Assembly (NCBI RefSeq): GCF_001194135.2
Contig: NC_068981.1
Coordinates: 189,406,248-189,438,828 of the forward strand
Direction: 5' to 3'
DNA: 32,581 nt
Origin: Octopus bimaculoides
Taxonomy: Eukaryota
The notes under the pieces are model-generated. The model did not search any database and was not told the origin of the DNA. It saw nothing but the letters and a program-made list of their open reading frames with translations. Shown here piece after piece: positions 1-11,261 of this stretch. Every line of letters starts with the position of its first letter. Position 1 is the stretch's first letter. The translations under genes were made by a program, and so were the position numbers.

Positions 1-8
1 TATATATA

Positions 9-190
9 GGGGGAGAATTCACAAAAAACAAAAGACAAAGACAAGTGGTGCAGACAACAAATAGATGTATTGGTTTGATGTTCGGGAAGTGAAAAAGTCT
101 TTAACATTTCGAGCCTACGCTCTTCCACAGAAAGGAACGCAGAAGGAAACAAGGAGAAAAAATAAAGAATGTGTAGTGGCTAGCGATGTA
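9..190 (-). mobile_element. Family F: ~190 bp non-autonomous repeat with a Penelope-type minimal hammerhead-like fold (copy 1)
   Basis: The reverse complement aligns along its length (about 80% by eye) with 32245-32420. It contains cttt-CTGTGGA-a-gagc(gtag)gctc-GAAA-tgtt-aaag at 134-99. Confidence 0.65.
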
Positions 191-239
191 TATACATATT
201 TATATATAAATATAAAAACACATCATCATCATCATCGTC

Positions 240-468
240 CATGTATGTGTTTGCCCCCCCCCCAATCCATTGCCTGACAACTGATGCTGGTGGTTTGTTT
301 ACATTCCCTTAACTTAGTAATTTGGCAAAAAGAGACCAAGAGAAAAAGTACCAGACCTTAAAAAAATATAGTATTACTTGTCAATTTGTTTGACTAAACC
401 CTTCAAGACAATGCCCCAGCATGGCCACACTCACAGTCCAATGACCGAAGCATATATAAGAAAGGAAA
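240..468 (+). mobile_element. Family A SINE, 3' half (degenerate)
   Basis: The stretch gacaactgatgctggt...acttag...ggcaaaaagagac...gccccagcatggcc matches the 3' half of the more intact copies at 29006-29333 and 12692-13108. Confidence 0.75.
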
Positions 469-1004
469 GACACCCAATTTTCTTACAGTTTACCATCTGT
501 AAATGATTTTATACTGTTGCGTTATAAGTGTAATAAGCTAAGTTATTTATTAAATTATTGTGTCTTCTATGTAAGATGCTCATTTGGTGGTCAATTTGAT
601 CCTTACATCTGATGAAGTCCAATAAAAAAATGTCACTACTCAAAGCTATATGTCAAACAACTTTCTTCACTTGTTGAAGGGTAAGTAAAATGAAATTGCT
701 TTTATTCATCAAAAGCGAAATGTTAAATTGAATCATCACGTTGAATAATGCAGTTGCATGTTTGTTCTGCACAATAAAACTGGCAATATAATTGGAAATC
801 TATTGTGTGCTATCTCTCACTACCTTACTACCAACATATGGAAGATGAACCGTTGCAAGCAGTCAGAGACCCAGCGTGAGAGTTAATGATTCCATTAACA
901 GTATTTTGCTAAATTCAATTAGTCTTTTTGAAGTTATATAATTTATAACATAGTCGATGTTTATGTCATATTCTCACATTATTTTCTCAATATATTTCAT
1001 ACAG

Positions 1005-1113
1005 TCACTGTTGTGGTAGAAGGATACATCTGAGATGAATTATTGGTGTTGTTTGTAAAGATAGATTTAAAGTTGATGCCACCATGATGGCTTGTTTACG
1101 CAGGTGTCTCTGG
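1005..1113 (+). other. Candidate spliced exon, possibly carrying a start codon (MMACLRRCLW)
   Basis: Acceptor ttttctcaatatatttcatacAG ends at 1004 and donor GTAAGT starts at 1114. gccaccATG (ATG at 1084) gives 10 codons to the donor. All three frames are closed upstream of the ATG. No homology recognised. Confidence 0.3.
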
Positions 1114-1941
1114 GTAAGTGTGTTATCTTAACCGAGCAGTGTAGGGAAGGAAAATTTATTGGTTAGTAAATATTTCTAAAAGAATGAATACTCACATCTT
1201 GGAAAGGGAGAAAATATTTTTGCTGTGAACTAAATGAAAACATCTTCTATGCTTCTGATAGTTTTCTTGCAATGATTGGAATTGTTGACAAAAGTCTATT
1301 AGCTAGCTAGCATTGGTAAATAAACATTTCCTGATTTCAAAAACTTTGTTTTATGTGTGAAAGGAAACATTCGATGTTCTGGTATCTCACTTGGTTGTAA
1401 CTGATTTTCTGATTCTTTAAGATTTGCATAATACAGATAAACATATAGATGCAGTTCATTGTTTTAGTAATTTCAGGAAGCTGAGCAAGTATAACATTAG
1501 TTCCTTTTGTTCATTTGTTTTATGTCTGTTTTACCATGTTAGCATGGGTTGGATGAATACATGTTATTGAGTCAGTGTTTTCACAGCTCAATACACTTCT
1601 TGTCACTAACTTTATCAGATTTTCAAGTAAAGGTTTTTTTTTTTGTATGTATTTTACTTGTCTATGAAATCACAAAGCTAGAAGACAATTTGTTGACAGT
1701 CAATGGAAATGTGACTGTGTGGAAGTGAACCGAGTATTTCAGATACTGTTTGAAAGAACATGTGATGCTGTATGTATGTATGTGTTGTGTGTGAGTGATT
1801 TGTGTGTGCATGTTGTGTGTGTGTGTGTGATGTCTATGTGTTTGTGCATATAACTGCATGCATGTATATGCATGCATGTGTGAGAATTTATGTATCTAAA
1901 CATGAATATGTATACATTAGTATGGTTGAATGAAAATTGTT

Positions 1942-2515
1942 TACATAAGCACAGGTGTGGCTTTCTGGTAAGAAGTTTTTTTCACAACCATATGGTTCTG
2001 GGTTCAATCCCACAGTGTGACACCTTGGGTAAGTGTCTTTTACTATAGCCTTGAGCTGAGCAAAGCTATGTGAGTGAATTTGGTTGATGGAAACTGAAAG
2101 AAGCCTGTCATATATTATCATCATCATCAACATCATCGTTTAACTTCTGCCTTCCATGCTGGTATGGGTTGGATAGTTTAACTGGAGCTGACCAAGTAGA
2201 AACTACCCCAGGTTACTGTGTCTGTTTTGGCAGGGCTTTTACAGCTGGATGCCTTTCCTAACACCAACCCCCACACAGTGTGTGTTTGTGTGAGAGAGAG
2301 AGAGTTTGTATCAGTTTTTATCCCCCCACCACTGCTTGACAACTGATGTTGGTGTGTTTATGTCCCAGTAATTTAGCAGTCCTGCAAAGAGACTGATAAA
2401 ATAAGAATTCGGTTTAAAAAAAAATTAAATACTGGGGTCAAATTATTCGATCAAAAATTCTTCAGGGTGGTGCCCCAGCATGGCTACCATGTAACGCCAG
2501 AAACAAACAAAAAAT
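1942..2515 (+). mobile_element. Family A tRNA-derived SINE interrupted by a nested family B copy
   Basis: tRNA-like head with B-box-like ggttcaatccc (~2002) and accttgggtaagtgtctt (CORE-like start). The 3' half resumes at ~2280 after the insert. Confidence 0.8.
2118..2278 (-). mobile_element. Family B (GAT)n-tailed retroposon 3' end, nested in a family A SINE
   Basis: (cat)n-cgtttaac...ccatgctggtatgggttgga...acagctggatgcctttcctaacaccaacc matches the family consensus in reverse. Confidence 0.8.
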
Positions 2516-2791
2516 ATATCATAGACTCCATGGTGTCTTCTGTCATAGATAACAGAACAGGTTTCTGCAATTTTGTGCTGAACACTCTGCTCAGTTGTTC
2601 ATATATAGACTTATAGATATATAGAATAAAGAGGAAGAAGTGTAATACAGTGTGAGCCCAAAGAAGCTGAATTTCCTGGTAGCATCAGGGCACCAGTGGG
2701 AGCATTACTATTGGAATGTATAGAAAGCGATGGGATGTGAAATTCCTGATGAACAAGAACTTTATTTTAGAAAATAACAGTACCAGGAGAT

Positions 2792-2793
<2 letters not shown>

Positions 2794-2824
<31 letters not shown>

Positions 2825-3302
2825 GTTTGACGTCTGCTTTCCATGCTAGCATGGGTTGGATGATTTGATTGAGGACTGGTGAACCAGGCTCCAATCTGCT
2901 CTGGCAGAGTTTCTACAGCTGGATGCACTTCCTAACGCCAACCACTCTGAGAGTGTTGTGGGTGCTTTTACGTGCCACCGGCACAAAGGCCAGTCAGGCT
3001 GTACTGGCAATNNNNNNNNNNTTACGTGCCACCGGCACAAAGGCCAGTCAGGCTGTACTGGCAATGGCCACGCTCAAAATGGTGTATTTTACATGCCACC
3101 TGCACAAGAGCCAGTCCAGCGGCACTGGCAATGAACTCGCTCAGATGTTTTTTTCATGTGCCACCAGCACAAGTGCCAGGAAGGTGATGCTGGTAACGAT
3201 CATGCTCAAATGGTGCTATTTACGTGCCACTGGCACGGAAGCCAGACAGCTGCTCTGGCAATGATCACGCTCAGATGGTGTTCTTAACGCTCCACTGGTA
3301 CA
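2794..3302 (-). mobile_element. Family B retroposon 3' end, long copy with ~62-65 bp internal tandem subunits
   Basis: (cat)n tail, then the conserved 150 bp terminus, then about 5 subunits each containing a gtgccaccggcac-like motif. A 10-N gap with duplicated flanks lies inside. Confidence 0.9.
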
Positions 3303-4299
3303 CCTATTTGAAATTAAAGTTACTCTTTTTATTTATCGTTGGAGTTGAAATTGTTTAAGATTTAACAATCCAAGGTATTAATCTAAATGATTTTTTATTA
3401 CACACCTCATCATTAACATTTCAAATTCACTGCTAAAAAAAAAGAAGAAAAAAGAAAAAGAAAACAGGTGAAACAATATTTTTTCCTTATTTTCATTAGA
3501 ACATTGAATATTATGCCCAGCTGCTGGCAAATAAAGTCTCTAAATTAATTACATGGTCTGTTATCAGTGACAGATTAATTATAATGCAATTTACACTATA
3601 CTCTCCATATGAGCAATCATTTCATTAAGAAAAAAAAGAAGAGATATTAATGTCATACCATACCTGCTTCTGTGTCAATAATTACTACTTGCTAATTCTC
3701 CTTCTTCACATCTCCTGTTGTTTTCTCTTAATCAATCAACTACCTCCACCCCTATCATTATTTCCTTTAAGTCTTTTCCATTAATTCTCCACAAGGAGTA
3801 ACGGTCATTGAAGTGTCATGAGAGTTGTATTCCATCACTAATGTTGTACTCTGGTTGGTTACCACATCTGACTCCTCCCACTTCGTTTATTTAACAAGAA
3901 ACAACAAAGCAACAACAAAACAAGAAACAACAAAAAGAAGCAGGGTGCATTGAATGTGGTTGGAATTCAATGAGAGGTTTAGTGGTTTGATTAAGGCCAT
4001 TGAATCATTTCTAACAGAAAGAAATCAATAGTTATTTTCTGCACCATAATTATTGTCAATAATATTACACATTTTCTTTAGAATATATTTTAAATATGCT
4101 ACTTTTAGTATATTAGTATAATAACCATACAATCCTATAATCAGATGTTACTACCGATTCCATTATTCTGTTATTGTTGTTGTTTAATAATAGGCTGATC
4201 TTGATGGAGCAGCCAAACCACCCAGGGTATTCAATGGACACAAACACACATTCACACATGCACACATACACACATGCACACGTGCTTACACACACATAC

Positions 4300-4577
4300 T
4301 GGCACTCAGTCAGTTCCAGTGATGAAAGTTCCACTTGATTCTATCAACAGAACATCCCCCACTCCATGAATTAATGTGCAAGTGATTGAGCAAGTGACTC
4401 ACAGACATGTGTAATACCCTTAACAGTTCTCAGGGAGAGTCAACATGACACAGAATGAATTACCGGTACAGCTTATTTTTGCCAGCTGGGTGGACTAGTG
4501 CAATGTGAAATAAGGTGTCTTGCTCAAGGAAACCACAGCCTGCCAGGAATCATGTGCAAAATACACTAACCACTAAG

Positions 4578-4578
<1 letters not shown>
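4300..4578 (-). mobile_element. Family D tRNA-derived SINE (degenerate)
   Basis: The reverse strand reads tgtggcttagtggttagtgt (A-box-like)...gattcctgg...ccttgagcaagacaccttatttcacattgc...cagctggcaaaaat. Homologous to 16875-17095. Confidence 0.7.
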
Positions 4579-4612
<34 letters not shown>

Positions 4613-4721
4613 ATGGCTGCAACTTGATTCCAAGCAATATCATTGCTTGATTGTCCTCTCAAAGCAGCCCAGATGTGGTTTTTCAGTCCTGTTTGTGACT
4701 CACACTCTTTTGCACAGATGT

Positions 4722-4793
4722 GGCAGTGATGGGTTAGTGGTTAAGAACACGGGCTACTAACCCCAAGATTCCAAGTTCGATTCCATGCAGTGA

Positions 4794-4855
<62 letters not shown>

Positions 4856-5003
4856 GCATAAAAAATACCTTAGGAATGAGAACCCAGGTTCGAATTTTCC
4901 CAAAACACCTGATGAAAGCTGGAGGGTATATCAGCTGAAACATTGTGTTAACAACAAACAAGATGAGGACAAATATCCGTCAAATGTAAATGATGTAAAT
5001 AAT
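4722..5003 (+). mobile_element. Family G SINE: tRNA-like head, internal (AAT)n, hammerhead-bearing 3' part
   Basis: A-box-like ggttagtggttaag, B-box gttcgattcc at 4775-4784, and (AAT)n at 4798-4853. The 3' ~135 bp is nearly identical to the reverse complement of 27966-28100. Confidence 0.85.
4904..4949 (+). ncRNA. Minimal type I hammerhead ribozyme fold (degenerate at 16.2)
   Basis: aacac-CTGATGA-a-agctg(gagggtatat)cagct-GAAA-c-att-gtgtt. Stem I is aacac/gtgtt and stem II is agctg/cagct. The triplet is AUU rather than GUU, probably from CpG decay. Confidence 0.6.
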
Positions 5004-5544
5004 TCCTTATCTCTTAAATATAGAACTGTACAATTCCCTTTATTAACAGCTCTGGCCCTGTTAATGCAGTTAATATGACTGTTAGAATTTGACACTTTCA
5101 CTTATTTTGAAGTAGCATTTATAAAATTGTACAATGACCAATATTTTTATTGCGATTCCATCACAAAGTGGATTGCCAACCAAGGGACAAAGAGTCTACA
5201 ACCAACCCTCATATACACTCTGCTGGATTTGGATAGCTGTTGGCTTTCATGATTTCTTCTGTCCCTTGTTGGGTTTTACTCTTCTCACAGAGTGTCCAAA
5301 CATCACCTTCCACATTAGGTAAGTTTGGTGGGGTTGTAAGTTTGGTCACTGACGGCCTGACCATGTGACAGGTTGTACTGGGTTACATGTTACCAGTAGC
5401 GCTCAGGAGAGACCTGACATTAAAATGTAGACATAACAATGATGATGATAATAGAGAAGATGATGATTAAGATGATAATGAAGATGATGGTCATGATGAT
5501 GATCATAATGATAATGATGGGATCATCATCATCATCATCGTTAT

Positions 5545-6850
5545 TGCTGTTGTTATAATTCCAAACCTATTATATGTTAATTTGATTAGCAAGAATACTA
5601 TCTTGAGGTTTTGTGACAACAAATCTTCTCAAATCTGAATCTTTCTTTGGATTCTTGAAGAATACAGGAATGTACTTCTCTGTGGGTCAGCAATGCAAGC
5701 CTCTATTCTTGTATATTTCAGCCTCTTAATTAGCATTTTGGATGCTGTGCCAAGTGCACCAAATACCACAAGAATAATTGCTGTCTTAGTCTTTTGCAAT
5801 CTCTTCAACCCTCTAATTAGGTCCTGATGTTTCTCATTGATGTTTCTATTCCTTTGGTACTCACTCTATTATCATATTATATTGCAAAGTCTGTAATCTT
5901 ATGCTGTTTGCTTATTTTGTCCTCTATAATCATAATTGGTCTTCTTGTTTCAGTAATATGGTAAGTCTTTAAGGCTAAGACCCATCAAATTCTGTAAATC
6001 TTATTCCTTATCACAGCCCCTGGTTTGTGTTCCTGCCACTTTTCTGTTATTTTGAAGCCACACACTCAGTTAACATCACATTCTCATTTACCTACACAGT
6101 TATGTCTGTGCTTATACTCTTTTTGTGTTAGCTTGCTGCATTTACTCAATAGATGATTGATACTTTCATCTCCTTTTCAACAGATTCTGCGTTTGTTGTT
6201 TTTGAGTTTTGTCAATGTTTACCTTTATCCAATTTGTCCTAATGGTTTGTTCCTGAGCCTCTATAATTAGCATTAGGTTCGCTTCCATCAGCCAGATCCA
6301 GCAATCTTTACTTCCCACATCCTCGGTTTGTTGTATGAATTGGCCATGTAATTCCAGTTCTTTCCACCTGCTTGCTCTGTTATTCTTCTTTCTGTTCACG
6401 AATCATCCAACTGTTTCAGTAACTTTTCTGATATATCCAGCCACCAATCGTATTCTTTTTTCACTCTGCACGACATAATTTTTTAACCTCAATATTTCAC
6501 TCCTAACAGTGTCTTCTCCATTTAGTAATGCTCTGCCTCTTTCCTTTCTTGGCAGGAAGATTCTGTTGGTATTACTTTTAGGATGGTGTACATTGTGCAT
6601 TGTGAGCTTCTATCTAAATTCTGTAAATTGAACTTTGTCCATTTTAGAAAAGGTGCCGAGTATCTTAATACTGTCATAGGCCATGTATTTATTACTTCAA
6701 TGATATTTCTTCCATTTAATTTTGTTTCAATGGCGTTTGTAACTCTTCTCTTGTACTCTTTAGAGATTTTCTCTCTGATTTCTCTTTCTATTATCCTATC
6801 ATGTTGCAGCCCTGCAGCACCCGTAGGTATCCATATCACTCATTATTCTA
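5545..6850 (-). mobile_element. 5'-truncated R4/Dong-clade non-LTR retrotransposon (post-RT region, CCHC knuckle, RLE domain), frameshifted
   Basis: Translations include EYKRRV..KLNGRNIIEVINTW..VLRYSAPFLKWT, HHPKSNTNRIFLPRKERGR, WKELELHGQF..AQEQTIRTNWIKVNIDK, (R)RIC*KGDESINHLLSKC..QKEYKHRHN and HQDLIRGLKRL..VVFGALGT. These motifs are typical of R4/Dong ORFs. Confidence 0.9.
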
Positions 6851-6906
6851 TAGTAACCTAATGATAATGTTATGTGGTAATTTTATACCTTTATACCATC
6901 AGAGTT

Positions 6907-6970
6907 TCTTCTTCTTCTTCTTCTTCTTCTTCTTCTTCTTCTTCTTCTTCTTCTTCTTCTTCTTCTTCTT

Positions 6971-7054
<84 letters not shown>

Positions 7055-7161
7055 NNNNNNNNNNNNNNNNNNNNNNNNNNNNNNNNNNNNNNNNNNNNNN
7101 NNNNNNNNNNNNNNNNNTTCTTCTTCTTCTTCTTCTTCTTCTTCTTCTTCTTCTTCTTCTT

Positions 7162-7221
<60 letters not shown>
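6907..7221. repeat. Compound (TTC)n/(TTA)n microsatellite spanning an N-gap; forms the tail of the Dong copy at 7222-7889
   Basis: Directly visible. The gap is at 7055-7117. Confidence 0.95.
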
Positions 7222-7222
<1 letters not shown>

Positions 7223-7889
7223 CTTCGTAACACAGTGTAGGTAAAAATGCACTGGAGTCTTTAGTCATCTGTCAAGTCACAACAAGGACCTCAGACCGAT
7301 AATACTTTCCTTAAGATGTGCGCTGTGCCCAATAAGGCTGCTTTTTGCAAGACATCAATCTTTCATGGGATTTCCAGTTACCTTAAGAAGTTTTGAAGTT
7401 TCAATGGGATTGAGCCCAATGCTCTGATAACCACTGGTGTCACTTTTACATTACCCTCTCACATTCTATACAGTCTTGCCATTTCTACTTTCAATTCGGA
7501 GTACTTGGTGATCTTTTTCAACCTCTTTACTCACAACATTCACGTCATTTGGTATGGCTACGTCAGTGATCTGATAGTATTTGTCTCTCTTATTCAATAT
7601 GACAATATCCGGCCGACGGTGTTCGATTACACGATCCGTCTGAAAATCATAGTCCCAGAGTATCGTTACTTTTCCATCCTCTTGCATAACTTTACTTGGT
7701 ACATACTCAAACCAGTTCTCTGTTACTTCATACTGGTATTTGCAGCATAAGAATCAATGAAGATACACACACACTTTATCGTAGCGGCGTTTGTATTCAT
7801 TTTGTGCAAGGTTTTCCCATCCACTTACCAAGTGGGTCACATTTTCCACACTCTTCCCACTGTTATTTCTCTTTATCACAGGTTTGTTA
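7222..7889 (-). mobile_element. R4/Dong-clade 3' fragment with restriction-like endonuclease domain and 3' UTR
   Basis: ENVTHLVSGWENLAQNEYKRRYDKV, KVTILWDYDFQTDRVIEHRRPDIVILNK..ITDVAIP..KEVEK (PD..D..K motif) and KAALLGTAHILRKVLSV* (stop at 7291-7293), then a short UTR and an (AAT)n/(AAG)n tail. Confidence 0.92.
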
Positions 7890-8045
7890 GAACTGGAGTG
7901 GTTGGCGTTAGGAAGGGCATCCAGCTGTAGAAACTCTGCCAGATCAGATTGGAGCCTGGTGTAGCCATCTGGTTCGCCAGTCCCCAGTCAAATCGTCCAA
8001 CCCATGCCAGCATGGAAAGCAGACAGTAAATGATGATGATGATGT
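7890..8045 (+). mobile_element. Family B 3' end, short copy
   Basis: gagtggttggcgttaggaagggcatccagctgtagaaactctgcc...catgccagcatggaaagcagacagtaaa(tga)n. Confidence 0.9.
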
Positions 8046-8312
8046 GGGTATGGGTGCTGGTGAGATGTTTCAGCCAGAAGTTGGGGACATTCTCTATTCC
8101 TGGAATTTTCCAGTTACTGGTAGTCCTCAGTGTTTCCCTGATCTCTTGGCTTTTGATGGTGGGTCATATTCTATGGTGCTATTTTGCTCTTCCTTTCCTT
8201 TTCCATACTCATCCGTCCCCTTCCTTCATTTGCTCTCTTCACGTATAGGCGATCATTGCTAGGAACTTTCTTGTCTTCCAGTCCAACTCCTTTAGCTCCT
8301 CCTCTGTCCACT

Positions 8313-8632
8313 TCATCATCATCATCATCATCATAATCATCATCATCATCACCATCATCATCATCGTCGTCGTCGTCGTTTAACGTCCACTTTCCCAGCT
8401 GGCATGGGTTGGAAGGTTTGAGTGAGGGCTGGCAAACCAGAAGGCTGCGCCAAGCTCCAATCTGATCTGGCAATGTTTCTACAGCTGGATACCCTTCCTA
8501 ATGCCAACCACTCTGAGAGTGTAGTGGGTGCTTTTTATGCGCCACTGGTATGAGGGCTAGTCAGGTGGTACTGGCATCAACCTCGCTTGAATGGTGCCTT
8601 TTACGTGCCACCAGCACAAGAGCCATTCGGGC
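8313..8632 (-). mobile_element. Family B 3' end
   Basis: (cat/cgt)n-ttaacgtcc...catgggttgga...gccaaccactctgagagtgtagtgggtgc plus one to two subunits. Confidence 0.88.
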
Positions 8633-8647
8633 GGCACATTATTATTT

Positions 8648-8795
8648 AGATAGCAAGCTGGCAGAATTCTTACCACACCAGTCAAATTACTCAGTGATGT
8701 TTCTTCTGGTTTTATGTTTTGAGTCTGAATACCTTTCATACATTTGGAGTCCATAAAATAAGCTCGTTTAAAGTACTGGGGTTGGTGTAATCAAC
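8648..8795 (+). mobile_element. Family C SINE (degenerate)
   Basis: aagctggcagaatt...cctttcat...gtactggggttg aligns to the reverse of 15226-15412. Confidence 0.55.
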
Positions 8796-8829
8796 CCCAG
8801 TACTTAAAGGGTTTTTTTCTAAGTTTTAA

Positions 8830-8965
8830 TTCCAATCCCTTTCAGTAACATTCAGGGTGTTGTACCAAGTCCACTGATTACTTCAGGAATAATTGTGTCT
8901 TCTTGGTCTTCCATAGCCTCCTCAGCTCTCTGGCTAGATCCTGGTATATCTCAATTTTAAAAAAT
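8830..8965 (-). mobile_element. R4/Dong RLE fragment
   Basis: KIEIYQDLARELRRLWKTKK../IPEVISGLGTTP, with one frameshift. Confidence 0.75.
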
Positions 8966-8999
8966 TTCTATGGTATTGATTCTGCTATTCTTCTTTTTC

Positions 9000-9150
9000 T
9001 TACTATTATTATCATTATTGAAGATGTTGCACAGTATTCAATATTGTGATGTAATTTGAAGATTCTGTGTGTATCAAGGATTCGTGCTTTCTGTCAAGTC
9101 ACAACAAAGACCTCAGACAGACATCACTTTATGCAGAATGTATGCAATTC
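9000..9150 (-). mobile_element. R4/Dong extreme 3' end with UTR and AAT-rich tail
   Basis: AYILHKVMSV*, followed by ctgtcaagtcacaacaaagacctcagac (+ strand), nearly identical to 7270-7297. Confidence 0.75.
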
Positions 9151-9154
9151 TAAG

Positions 9155-9370
9155 TCATCATCATCATCATTATCATTTCCAGCACCAAGTCATTAAATTA
9201 TCATCATCATCATTGTCGTCGTCGTCATCATCATCATCATCATCATCATTGTCATCATCATCACCGTCATCATTGCCACTACCACCACCACTTCACCACC
9301 ACCACCACCACCACCACCATCATCATTGTCATCATCATAGTCATCATCATCATCATCATCATCATCATCG
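9155..9370. repeat. Compound (CAT)/(CAC)/(CGT) microsatellite
   Basis: Directly visible. Confidence 0.9.
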
Positions 9371-10032
9371 TTATGGCTGTCATTATTTTCTTCCCTTCTT
9401 GCATCAGTTAAAATGCTTCAGTAATAGAATATAACTATTATTACTAAACCCCTTCAGGTCCCAGCTTTAGTTAGTGTCTAATTTGAAAATAAACTGATTA
9501 CCATAAGTTTTGTTGCTATGAAAGCAGTGATGCATAAATTTAATATAATGAAGCTGAGAGTAAAACGGTCTCTATGTGACTTGATTATATCAATGCCATG
9601 GTGCAATGGCAGATCTATTAAAATGCTTGTCATGGCTGAAAGGCCGTGTTTTCAAACTTTGTCATATTCTATTTTGTGATTGAATAAGTTATACCTTTCT
9701 GCTCATTTCACTGTATTTAGTGAGAAAAAAAACAAAACAAAAAACAAAAACAAAACAAAAAAAAATATATTATAAACAACAACAATATCAACAACAACAA
9801 AAAAAGGAGTTAAACAGAAACAAAAAAATGGAAATACCTGCTTCTCGGTAATGCAAATATTTGAATTTACAGTTGTTTTCTAAATGTGCCAAAAAAAAAA
9901 AAAAAAGAGAAAGAAAGAAAATAAAAAAGAAAGAAAAAAGAACAAAAGAAGGGAAAAAGGGGCAGAAAAAAGTAGAATTTGATTTGGTGCAATCTGTTTA
10001 GATTTTGAAGTTATTCTGTCTAAAACTCTTCA

Positions 10033-10033
<1 letters not shown>

Positions 10034-10101
<68 letters not shown>

Positions 10102-10141
10102 GTTATTGTTATTGTTGTTGTTGTTGTTGTTGTTATTGCTA

Positions 10142-10179
<38 letters not shown>

Positions 10180-10213
10180 GTTGTTGTTGTTGTTGTTGTT
10201 GTTATTATTGTTA

Positions 10214-10251
<38 letters not shown>

Positions 10252-10262
10252 GTTGTTGTTTT
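10034..10262. repeat. Compound (TTA)n/(TTG)n microsatellite
   Basis: Directly visible; alternating TTA and TTG blocks. Confidence 0.95.
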
Positions 10263-11261
10263 TGCTGCTATGACTGTCACTATCCACTAGTCTTGTTTTT
10301 ATTGCGTATTTCCACAACACTACCAAGCTCAGCTCTGTGTGTCATGTGAATGTGAAGTGCTTGGTATTGGCTTTGTTATTTTTGCTACATTGAAAGTGTT
10401 TTATGTAATCCATTTGTGGTACCTAACGGGGCTATTTTCTATATGTTATGCATATTTATTAGTCCTGGAGTTTCGGTGAAGTATTTTTGTCTGCATATTC
10501 TTTTTGTCATACTCACAGCACTTAATATCAGAAAAGTTATTTCTGTTTTAAGGCCCTTCATTCAGATTGAGTAGGGTTTTAATGGAATTGTTCTCCTGCT
10601 CAGTACTTGAAGGCTACTTTATAATAACCATTATCGTGCGGTCCATGGAAGCAGAGGAAGAAATGCTTTCCTTAAAAATTATAGAAACAAAATCGAAACT
10701 GTATATTACTTATTTTTCATAAGATCGTTCATCTAATGTTCTGTAAAATTAATATAAACTACATGATATCATAGGCTTCAGACTTTTATTGTCAGAATTA
10801 ACATGAGATAACAAGCAGTGGCAGACGACACAAAAAAAAAATATGTGCAGGGAAGCAACATGAGCTGTTGCATCCTTTTCCGTGTAATATTTTAACATTT
10901 TTTCCAATAAAAATGCCACAAAGGCAATTTTATTCCAGTAAGAGCTGATAACGAATAGTTTTAGATACTAATAAATACTTATACGCTTAAATTAAGTTTC
11001 TGTCAATTTGTAATACCTATGATATATATAATCTTTATGTTGTTATGTAACACTTACATAGGAAAAGGGAAGCAAGTTGACATTCTGCTTCCATCAGATA
11101 AACGGTGAAAAGATAACAGGCGCGTAGTTTCCAGCATTTATTCAACTAATATTATATACTTTTTCAAATTACTGAACACCCTTAATATAAAATGTGATTT
11201 TTTAGTTCCAAAAATCGCTGTATAATATGAAAAATGTCAATTTGATTTAAATACCTACCAC

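Noticed and set aside
2978-3065. Exact ~45 bp direct repeat (ttacgtgccaccggcacaaaggccagtcaggctgtactggcaat) either side of the 10-N gap at 3012-3021
   Set aside because: An identical overlap flanking a minimal gap is a typical contig-join artefact.
2960-3300. Regularly spaced ~63 bp units with a palindromic motif, superficially CRISPR-like
   Set aside because: The whole unit is homologous (no unique spacers), it lies within a eukaryotic retroposon, and there are no cas genes.
4722-4795. Possible tRNA genes here and at other SINE heads
   Set aside because: A and B boxes are present, but there is no complete cloverleaf or acceptor stem; these are SINE heads.
6907-7221. Apparent duplication (TTC)n(TTA)n-gap-(TTC)n(TTA)n
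   Set aside because: It straddles an N-gap and is probably the same array assembled twice.
10530-10572. Minus-strand ctgaatga...gaaa hammerhead-like spacing
   Set aside because: The core has an insertion and no convincing stems I or II.
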